Positions 41,945-48,643 of a DNA stretch of 48,643 nucleotides are shown here, piece by piece. Under the pieces are notes generated by a model, which did no database searches, was not told where the DNA came from, and saw only the letters and a program-made list of their open reading frames with translations. The position numbers were made by a program, and so were the translations under genes. The stretch comes from Candidatus Micrarchaeota archaeon (lineage in GTDB: Archaea > Micrarchaeota > Micrarchaeia > Anstonellales > Bilamarchaeaceae): positions 1-48,643 of the forward strand of contig JACCLI010000011.1 of assembly GCA_013425455.1 (NCBI GenBank), given 5' to 3'. Position 1 is the first letter of the stretch. Each line of letters starts with the position of its first letter.

Positions 41945-43303
41945 TCAGAACAGGTAGCCCCAGGTTTGGAGCCGGTCGCTGTCCGTGTACCAGCGGACCC
42001 CGATGTCCGTCCGGTAGAACATGTTGGGTATCTGTATGTTCTTAACCCTCTTGTAGGCGCTCTTCCTCGCCTCCTCCATTGTGGAGCCGAAGCCCGTGAC
42101 GACGAGCGCGTAGCCGGACTCGCCGGCGAGGCGCCATTCGCCCTCGTCCAATTTAACATCCCCTATGTGAACGCCCTCGGTCACCGGCTTCTTGAATATT
42201 ATCGCCGCGTCCTCGGAATACTTCCTGAAGGCGGAGGGGTCCTTGAAAGGGAACGGGGGGGTTGCGATCACCACGCCTATTTCGAAGCCCCTCTTTGTCT
42301 TGAGTTCGTATTTCTCTCCGCTTGCGAGCGCGTGGAGGAACTCGCCCCACGGGGAGGTAACGCCCTCCATCTGTATCTGGATGGTCGGAACGCCGAACCT
42401 GCAGGTCCACTCAAGAGGGAACACGCCCCTCCAGTTCGCGATGCAGTTCAAATCCAGGTAGCCGCAGTAGCCTGAGGCCGCGAGCTTCGCCTTCATTTTC
42501 TCAAACGTTTCGTTGAAGATGCGGTTCGCGGGACCCCAGTACATAGAAGTTCCCATCTCGCCCGTGTTCGGGCCAACATCGCCCGGAAACATCTTCTTGT
42601 GCTCGAAATTCACGCAGATTGGGGTGATGAATTCTTTTCCGTTGAAGAAGACTCCCACCGCGATCTCGACGCCAGGTGCGAACTTCTGTATCTGGAAGCT
42701 CTTTATCGCCTTTCCCCATTTTTTCTTGTATCGCTCAAGAATCTGGATAAGATCGCTTCCGTCCTCCTCCTGCCCCACGAAGGAGAGTTCCTTCTCCCCC
42801 TGCGCTTTTCCGTTGGGCTTGATGACGTAGCGGCCCGGGTTCTTCTTTATGAAATCGACCGCCGCGTCGAAGGACTCGAAGTTCCAGTGGGGGAGGACCG
42901 CGACCCCGACGGATTTCAGCTCCTCCTGGCCGAAGTCCCTCTCGTCCTCCAGCTTGTCGGTGTACGAGCTGCACCCGATTACCTTCTTTCCTTTCTTGCG
43001 CAGGTCGTCCGCCTCCTTTCCAAAACCAATATCGTCGAAGATGATTACGTCCGCCCAATCCACGTCCTTTTTCCAATCCTCGCTTTTGGGGACGAAGCCG
43101 TCGAACACGTTCTTCTCGGATTTCTGCTCTATGGAATATTTCGCCTCGTGGCCCTCTTTTATCAACTGCCAGGCGAGGTCTCCTATGAGGCCTTCAATCG
43201 ATACGAAGAGGAATTTGTATTTCTTAGGATGAGGAATCACCGGCTTTTCATGGTTTCCGTTGTGATTATGGCCATTCATTGAGGATAGTAAGAAGGGAAA
43301 CAA
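41945..43303 (-). CDS. PurD-like ATP-grasp ligase (divergent phosphoribosylamine-glycine ligase homolog)
   Basis: FEHKKMFPGDVGPNTGEMGT matches the PurD block DHKRxxDGDxGPNTGGMG, with an ATP-grasp core. The N-terminal GGREHA motif is replaced by SIEGLIGDLAWQL. Confidence 0.65.
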   Translation of the reverse strand: MFPFLLSSMNGHNHNGNHEKPVIPHPKKYKFLFVSIEGLIGDLAWQLIKEGHEAKYSIEQKSEKNVFDGFVPKSEDWKKDVDWADVIIFDDIGFGKEADDLRKKGKKVIGCSSYTDKLEDERDFGQEELKSVGVAVLPHWNFESFDAAVDFIKKNPGRYVIKPNGKAQGEKELSFVGQEEDGSDLIQILERYKKKWGKAIKSFQIQKFAPGVEIAVGVFFNGKEFITPICVNFEHKKMFPGDVGPNTGEMGTSMYWGPANRIFNETFEKMKAKLAASGYCGYLDLNCIANWRGVFPLEWTCRFGVPTIQIQMEGVTSPWGEFLHALASGEKYELKTKRGFEIGVVIATPPFPFKDPSAFRKYSEDAAIIFKKPVTEGVHIGDVKLDEGEWRLAGESGYALVVTGFGSTMEEARKSAYKRVKNIQIPNMFYRTDIGVRWYTDSDRLQTWGYLF

Positions 43304-43307
43304 TAAA

Positions 43308-44243
43308 TTACTTCTCTTTCTTTTTCTCCCCGTTTATCTTCTGGAGGGATTTCCAGTAGAAATAGCCGACTATTATGAATGTGATTATCGGCGAGAACCA
43401 GCTCGGGATTTCGAAGCCGAAGCTGTCCAGCACCATTATCCCGCCGAGGAAGAGGATGGAGTACATCGCCCCGTTCTTCAGGTATGCGTATTTCTTCACC
43501 TCGTCTATCCCCTTCATGGTGAGCTCCCTCACCACTATGGCGCCGAGGCCGTTGCCGATGAGGATGAGCGGGACGGAAAGCGTGAAGGCGAAGGCGCCGA
43601 GGACGCCGTCTATGGAGAATGTCATGTCTATTACTTCCAGATACATCAGCTTGCTCAGGTCGGAGAGGTTCCCCGAGCCCTCGAGCATCTCCTTCTCGCG
43701 CAATTCTGCATTTTGCTTGAAGCCGTGCGTTATGAAGAAGGCGGTGGAGCCGACCACGGCGCCGAAGGCCATTATGGGATGGACCTGGATTGCGAACCAG
43801 ACTATGAGGGAGAGGAGTACGGATACCACGGCGAAGAACCAGATGCCCTGGGAGGAGATGAACTTCTCGCCCCACATCCCGTAGTTCTTGGGCTCCAGGA
43901 ATAGCCAGTGGAAGAACAGGAAAACGAGGAATACGCCGCCGCCTATGAGGAGGACGGGGGCGGACTGCTCCATCGCATGGGCGACCGCAGGGTCCTCGCT
44001 GAAGGTCGCGGTGAATACTTCGTAAACCCCGAGGGAGGGGTTCGCCACCCACATTATGAGGAGGGGAAGGACGCCCCGGACCACGAACACTGCGAAAAGG
44101 ATGCCCCAGAGAAGGAACCATTTCCTGGCCTTCTGGGACATTTTTGAGAGTATGTCCGCGTTTATTATCGCATTATCCACGCTGCTGACTGTTTCGAAAA
44201 GGCACAGGCCGAGTATTGTGAGAATTGCGGCGAGGATGTCCAT
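43308..44243 (-). CDS. TerC/DUF475-family integral membrane protein
   Basis: LFETVSSVDNAIINA and FSIDGVLGAFAFT signature blocks. Polytopic. Confidence 0.75.
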   Translation of the reverse strand: MDILAAILTILGLCLFETVSSVDNAIINADILSKMSQKARKWFLLWGILFAVFVVRGVLPLLIMWVANPSLGVYEVFTATFSEDPAVAHAMEQSAPVLLIGGGVFLVFLFFHWLFLEPKNYGMWGEKFISSQGIWFFAVVSVLLSLIVWFAIQVHPIMAFGAVVGSTAFFITHGFKQNAELREKEMLEGSGNLSDLSKLMYLEVIDMTFSIDGVLGAFAFTLSVPLILIGNGLGAIVVRELTMKGIDEVKKYAYLKNGAMYSILFLGGIMVLDSFGFEIPSWFSPIITFIIVGYFYWKSLQKINGEKKKEK

Positions 44244-44358
44244 TGGAAAGTCCCTTGTCCTTAAATTATAAAAATAGTGGCTCGTTAGCTACTCTGCTCA
44301 TCATATATCAGTCTGGGACGGTGCAGTCATCGCCACGTATGTAATTGCGCGAAGGATG

Positions 44359-44366
44359 TTTATAAG
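44359..44366 (+). promoter_or_regulatory. TATA-like box TTTATAAG
   Basis: Lies 23-30 nt upstream of ATG 44389. A divergent TTTTTATAAT (reverse complement of about 44262-44272) lies upstream of the TerC-like gene. Confidence 0.4.
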
Positions 44367-44388
44367 CGTATTGGGGGGAAGAAGGATT

Positions 44389-44925
44389 ATGCGGATAATG
44401 GTGCTGAGGCTCGGGCACAGGCTCCCGAGGGATGAGCGCGTCACGACGCACGTGTGCCTCACTTCCCGGGCTTTCGGGGCTTCTGGAGTAATCTACTCGG
44501 GGCAGAAGGACAATTCCCTGGAGGCGAGCGTTAAGAGGATTGCAAACAACTGGGGCGGGGAGTTTTCAATAGAGTATGAGGCGAAGCCGATTCCACGGAT
44601 TGAAAAAATGAAAAAGGAGGGGTGGGCGGTGGTTCACCTTACCATGTACGGAATGCCGCTTCCGGAAAAGGTTAAGGATGTTGCAGGAAAGGGAAAAGTA
44701 TTGGTAGTAGTCGGGGCGGAGAAGGTTCCTTCGGAGGTTTATGAGCTCGCGGACTTCAATATCGCGGTGGGGAACCAGCCGCATTCGGAGATTGCGGCGC
44801 TCGCAGTAACGCTGGACAGATTGCAGGGCGGAAAGGAGCTGGAACGGGCATTCGAATCTAATTTTGGAGGGGCATCAATATCGCTGGAGCCAGCGGAAAA
44901 AGGAAAAAAGATAAGAAGGGGCTAA
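44389..44925 (+). CDS. tRNA (cytidine56-2'-O)-methyltransferase aTrm56 (SPOUT)
   Basis: MRIMVLRLGHRLPRDERVTTHVCLTSRAFGA is the characteristic aTrm56 N-terminus. About 178 aa. Confidence 0.85.
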   Translation: MRIMVLRLGHRLPRDERVTTHVCLTSRAFGASGVIYSGQKDNSLEASVKRIANNWGGEFSIEYEAKPIPRIEKMKKEGWAVVHLTMYGMPLPEKVKDVAGKGKVLVVVGAEKVPSEVYELADFNIAVGNQPHSEIAALAVTLDRLQGGKELERAFESNFGGASISLEPAEKGKKIRRG

Positions 44926-46586
44926 GGAGCCCCTGTTGCGCTTGTGCAGGTCATGGTCTGGCCGCAGTAGTATGGGCTGCAGCAATCTGCGGTGCTCGTG
45001 CAGTAGGTGCCGTACCCACCGCAGGTCTGCTCAGGCATGCAAACGAGGTTGTCGTTGCAATAGTAGCCATCGCAGCATACTGCGGCGCCCACTGCGCAGG
45101 AGCCGGATGTCGCGCAGGTTGTGGTGCTCCTTGTGCAAACCTTGTTCTCGCTGCAGTAGTAGCCGTCGCAGCAGTCGGAGGTCTTTTCACAGGAGCCTTC
45201 CCTCTTGCACGGAACCACGCATCTGCTGTTGGAGCAGGACATGCCTGCGCAGCATTCCTTCCTGCCCGCTAGGCAGGAGCCGCCCTCTGTGGCTGTGCAC
45301 TCGCTGCTGCATTTGCCGTCCTTGCACCAGGAGCCCTGGCAGCAGTCGGAATCGTACGCGCATGTGCCGCCGTTCTGCTCGCATGGGGTTACGCATCTGC
45401 CATCCATGCACTCGTAGCCCTCGCAGCAGGATATCTGCCCGTAGGCGCAGGTCTGGCCCTGCCCGGAGCATCCCTGGTTCGGGGTGCACCTTCCGTTCGC
45501 GCAGTAGTCCCCCTCGCAGCAGGTTCCGTAGTAGTTAGAACCCGCAGGCGCGGCGGTAGTCGCGTACTGCGTCCCGTAGCCGCATGTGCCTGCTGTCTGC
45601 ACGCAGTTCTGTGCCGGCGGTGAGCAGTATCCGTTCACGCACTGGTCATCACCACAGCAATCCCCGTAGTAGGCCGGGTTCTGGTAGTTGGCCGTGAAGG
45701 TCTGCGGGCCGTAGCCGCAGAACTGTCCGCGCTCGTTGCACTGTTCTTCAGGCGGCTGGCATGTTCCATCCACGCACGCCATCTGGTTGCAGCACTGGCC
45801 GTAGTAGTTCGAGGTCGCGGGCACTAGCGCCGTAACCGTTGTCTGGCCGTAACCGCAGGTCGCTCCCTGCTCTATGCACTCCTGTTGCGGGGTGCAGTAC
45901 CCTTCCATGCACTGCGAGTTGCCGCAGCATTCCCCATAATAGGTCGGGCGGTAGATTGAATTGTAGTTGCTGGTGCCCATGTTGTTGTTCGCAGTTCCAG
46001 CGGTGTTGGTGTTGGCGCCCGCAGCATTGGTACCATCGGTGTTGATGTTGGTCGCGCTGGTGTAAGTCCCTGGATTATATGGCAGGGTGTCGCGCTCGCC
46101 GGTCGGGCCGTATTGGCAGAGCCGGCCGTCAGGAACACACTCATCCCTCCTGCAGTAGCCGTCCCTGCATGCCGTCCCGTCACAGCAGTCGCCGTAGAAC
46201 GGGGTGCTTGCTGCGAGGTTGGTCAGCGGACTCTGCCCGTAGCCGCACTGGTTCCCCTCCTGGACGCATTCCTCTTCGCAGGTCGGGGTCTCAACGCAGT
46301 ATTCCATCGCGTAGCAGTTCACGCCCCTGGTCCTTCCGCCCGTATCTACATACGTGGAAGGCCTTCCGAGGGCGCTGCTCGCGTCGAGCACGTTTCCTCC
46401 GGACGTTTGGATCGTCCTCCCCGTTTCGTTCGGGGCGTAATATGCCGTGCCTCCGGTCTGACCGGTTATCGAGCTGCCTCCGCACTCGTTTGTGCAGGGC
46501 TTGAACCCGAGGACCGAAGCCGCCACGAAGGCCAGCATCAGAATCACTATTCCAAGCAAGAATAAGGTTAATTTGCCGGTATCCAT
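44922..46586 (-). CDS. Secreted/anchored protein with 11 tandem six-cysteine C-C-CC-C-C (knottin-framework) modules
   Basis: N-terminal hydrophobic helix LTLFLLGIVILMLAFVAASVLGF. 71 Cys in 554 aa. There are 11 modules between C107 and C547 with spacing C-x5-7-C-x(5-6 or 19-62)-CC-x4-C-x4-5-C. Confidence 0.7.
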   Translation of the reverse strand: MDTGKLTLFLLGIVILMLAFVAASVLGFKPCTNECGGSSITGQTGGTAYYAPNETGRTIQTSGGNVLDASSALGRPSTYVDTGGRTRGVNCYAMEYCVETPTCEEECVQEGNQCGYGQSPLTNLAASTPFYGDCCDGTACRDGYCRRDECVPDGRLCQYGPTGERDTLPYNPGTYTSATNINTDGTNAAGANTNTAGTANNNMGTSNYNSIYRPTYYGECCGNSQCMEGYCTPQQECIEQGATCGYGQTTVTALVPATSNYYGQCCNQMACVDGTCQPPEEQCNERGQFCGYGPQTFTANYQNPAYYGDCCGDDQCVNGYCSPPAQNCVQTAGTCGYGTQYATTAAPAGSNYYGTCCEGDYCANGRCTPNQGCSGQGQTCAYGQISCCEGYECMDGRCVTPCEQNGGTCAYDSDCCQGSWCKDGKCSSECTATEGGSCLAGRKECCAGMSCSNSRCVVPCKREGSCEKTSDCCDGYYCSENKVCTRSTTTCATSGSCAVGAAVCCDGYYCNDNLVCMPEQTCGGYGTYCTSTADCCSPYYCGQTMTCTSATGAP

Positions 46587-46667
46587 TTGTACACCTGGCT
46601 ATGCTACCAAAACAAGGATTAAAAATGCACCTGCAACCTTTTGGAGAACATTACCGGCATCAGTGGC

Positions 46668-46693
46668 GGGGAGGCCTCCCCTCCTTTATAAAG
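46668..46693 (+). promoter_or_regulatory. 14-bp perfect palindrome GGGGAGGCCTCCCC abutting TATA-like TTTATAAAG
   Basis: Palindrome at 46668-46681, TATA-like box at 46685-46693, and GGAGGTGG about 8 nt before ATG 46756. Confidence 0.35.
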
Positions 46694-46755
46694 AACAGAA
46701 TTCCTCATTCCCGTGCGACCAGGCGGCCCTCGGCAAGGGGCCGGAGGTGGGCGAT

Positions 46756-47022
46756 ATGCCCGTAGAAGATGAGATAATACATTGGTGGAAGGATGATAAG
46801 GGCGAACAGCACCGGACCATCCTCCGCATAGAGAGCGAGGAGCCCCAGAGTGCGAACGGATTCCCCAGGGATGGGATAATCATCGTAAGGGTGTCGAACA
46901 CGACCGGGATGGCTGCGATGAAGCTGAGCCCGGACGAGGGATTGCGGCTGTCCAACCAGATTCTGACCATCTCCAAGGAACTGCTGAACAAGAAAAGAAA
47001 AATGTGGAGGGAACGGGACTAG
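46756..47022 (+). CDS. Small hypothetical protein (88 aa) between the two Cys-rich genes
   Basis: ATG preceded by GGAGGTGG. Protein-like sequence MPVEDEIIHWWKDDKGEQHRTILRIE... No motif assigned. Confidence 0.4.
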   Translation: MPVEDEIIHWWKDDKGEQHRTILRIESEEPQSANGFPRDGIIIVRVSNTTGMAAMKLSPDEGLRLSNQILTISKELLNKKRKMWRERD

Positions 47023-47880
47023 CTAACTCTCGCACACGTGCGTGTTCATGTTGCAGGCTTCCCCGCTCTCGCAATCTGAGTTGGTATTGCAGTTTCCTGC
47101 CTTGGGGACGCAGTGGTGGTTCGCAGTGTAGCAGACCTCCCAGGAATTGCAATTCGCTGTCGCATCGCAGTAGCCCGGCTTCGGCCTGCAGGTGTGGGTA
47201 TTCCCAATTTCGCAGTACTGCCATTCGTTGCAATCCGTGTCGTGACCGCAGAAACCAGGGCCTGTAACGCACCTGCTGGTTTCCCTGTTGCACGATTGCC
47301 AGTTGGCGCAATCATCCGCGCTCACGCAGAAGCCCGGCCTGGGCTTGCAGAAATGTGACTCCGCGTCGCAGGCCTGCCAGCCCACGCAGTCCACGTCGTC
47401 GTTGCACCTGTCCTGGAACGCCACGCACACCTTCTGCGCGACATCGCATCCCTCCCATGAGTTGCAGTCATAGTCGTTCTCGCACCTTCCGGGGAGCAGG
47501 GAGCACCTGTGCGACTCTGGATCGCAGGCCTCTATCTCCGCCCTGCAGTCCCCGTTTGAGGCACAGTAGCCTGAGAGCGGCTTGCATGTGCCGTCCGTGC
47601 CGCAGGTCTGCCAGCGCACGTCACAGTCCGTAGCCTGTGCGCAGGCGCCCGCCTTCATAAGGCAGATGTGCGTGGTGGTGTTGCACTGCTGGTTCGAGGT
47701 GCAGTCGGCGTTCGCGGAACAGTATCCAGCCTTAACCGCGCAGGTGCCGTTCTGGCAGGACTGCCATGTTTGGCAGTTGGAATCGGAAGTGCATCCGGCC
47801 GGGGCTGTGCTTTCTCCGCCCGTGCAGCCATAAAGGATAATCATAACAGCCATAAGACCTGCAATAAGTAACTTCTGCAT
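47023..47880 (-). CDS. Lipobox protein with 10 tandem ~24-aa four-cysteine modules
   Basis: Signal plus lipobox-like MQKLLIAGLMAVMIILYGC. Then 10 repeats of G-x-C-x5-C-x5-6-C-x4-7-C, often ..DCxxWQxC.. 41 Cys in 285 aa. Confidence 0.7.
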   Translation of the reverse strand: MQKLLIAGLMAVMIILYGCTGGESTAPAGCTSDSNCQTWQSCQNGTCAVKAGYCSANADCTSNQQCNTTTHICLMKAGACAQATDCDVRWQTCGTDGTCKPLSGYCASNGDCRAEIEACDPESHRCSLLPGRCENDYDCNSWEGCDVAQKVCVAFQDRCNDDVDCVGWQACDAESHFCKPRPGFCVSADDCANWQSCNRETSRCVTGPGFCGHDTDCNEWQYCEIGNTHTCRPKPGYCDATANCNSWEVCYTANHHCVPKAGNCNTNSDCESGEACNMNTHVCES

Positions 47881-47922
47881 TTTCACACCTTTTGTGATAG
47901 ATATGCGCAAAATCATTAAAAA

Positions 47923-48588
47923 TCAGAGTCTTTTGACAACGCCAAGCAATTCTGAGAAATTGCTTATGTGCGCGTCCGCCTTCCCCTTTTCCTTCGAGTA
48001 CGGGCCCTGCAGGACGCGGATGGTATATATTCCCAATTTCTTCGCCGGGGCGATGTCCGAATCCATCCTGTCCCCGACCATTATGCACTCGGACGGGTGC
48101 GCCTTTATCTCGGCAAGGACCTTCCGGAAGAAGTGCGGGCTTTTTTCCTCCCCTACCTCCCCGGAGACGAAAACATCCTCGAAGAAGAGGTGGATTCCCA
48201 TTCGGATGAGCTTGTCCCATTGTTTTACCGCGTCCCCGTTCGTTGCAACGTATAATTTGTATCCCCTTTCCTTCAGCTCCATCAGGGTTTTCGGCACCTC
48301 GGGGTAGGGCTGTATTGAGGATTTGGTATTATGGTAGGCGGCCACCGCCGCCGCGACGAAGCGGGCCGGGCGCTTTACTCCAATCCTTTTGAGTATGAGG
48401 TCGAAATGGTTCGGGTAGTTGGAGCCCTTTTCCTTAATGAGCCTCTGCAATTCCTTGTAGATTTGCTCCTCTGTGGCATCCAATCCGGTTTCTATCATCG
48501 CGCGGATTGCGTTCCTCCTCGCGAGTTCCGCGAACTCCGCTGTTGGGAACAGGGTATTATCCACATCGAAGAAAATGCAGACCTTCAT
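47923..48588 (-). CDS. HAD-superfamily hydrolase (subfamily IA)
   Basis: Motif I FFDVDNTLF, motif III K in GYKLYVATNG, motif IV VGDRMDSDI. Start at MKVCIFFDVD. Confidence 0.8.
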   Translation of the reverse strand: MKVCIFFDVDNTLFPTAEFAELARRNAIRAMIETGLDATEEQIYKELQRLIKEKGSNYPNHFDLILKRIGVKRPARFVAAAVAAYHNTKSSIQPYPEVPKTLMELKERGYKLYVATNGDAVKQWDKLIRMGIHLFFEDVFVSGEVGEEKSPHFFRKVLAEIKAHPSECIMVGDRMDSDIAPAKKLGIYTIRVLQGPYSKEKGKADAHISNFSELLGVVKRL

Positions 48589-48643
48589 CAAAAGGATTGG
48601 GGATAAATAGCTTTTTATACTGTTCCTCAAGAAATTCTTCTAC

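Noticed and set aside
1-48643. CRISPR arrays, transposases or IS elements, and toxin-antitoxin pairs.
   Set aside because: - No regularly spaced 25-40 bp direct repeats were seen.
- No DDE, serine or tyrosine recombinase motifs were seen.
- The AbrB-like gene has no adjacent toxin-like partner (no PIN, MazF or RelE signature in neighbouring ORFs).

Overview
This is an archaeal chromosomal segment. Markers are PriS/PriL primase, deoxyhypusine synthase, Pus10, aTrm56, DRG and Ygr210-like GTPases, the HMG-CoA synthase/thiolase/DUF35 trio, and TrmB/XRE regulators. TATA-like boxes sit about 25-30 nt upstream of many start codons. The sequence looks moderately GC-rich by eye (not computed), which produces many long antisense shadow ORFs. 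I ignored these wherever the opposite strand carries a clearly recognisable gene.

RNA genes:
- An unlinked 5S rRNA lies at the left edge.
- A tRNA-Arg(CCU) carries a 23-nt insertion at a non-canonical position in the D-arm region.

Housekeeping blocks:
- Primase and deoxyhypusine synthase.
- The mevalonate-entry operon.
- Pus10 and CTP synthase.
- A serine-pathway cluster (ParB-fold SerK-like protein, class V aminotransferase, SerA-like dehydrogenase).
- Ferredoxin with a PduO-type adenosyltransferase.
- A copper-resistance locus: membrane-tethered wHTH regulator, HMA-permease-cupredoxin fusion, cupredoxin, CopA and a DUF1405-like protein.

Parts the known families do not explain:
1. At 44.9-47.9 kb, two extremely cysteine-rich secreted proteins. 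One has 11 tandem C-C-CC-C-C (knottin-framework) modules. The other is a lipobox protein with 10 tandem 4-Cys modules.
2. At 9.7-15.7 kb, a same-strand island of about 10 ORFan genes. It contains lipobox proteins, an AbrB-like regulator, tandem helical paralogs and a HEAT-repeat protein. A roughly 45-60 bp upstream element occurs twice, and phased repeats lie at the AbrB promoter.
3. A signal-peptide protein with a beta-barrel-like strand pattern.
4. An orphan, very divergent FlaI/VirB11-type ATPase, with an A24 prepilin-peptidase-like gene 4 kb away.
5. Phased GGTTTCA boxes with a 16-bp inverted repeat in the copper promoter region, and a remnant cupredoxin 3' end that differs from its parent only by synonymous changes.

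I saw no CRISPR array, transposase or integrase. All family assignments come from motif recognition by eye, not from database searches.
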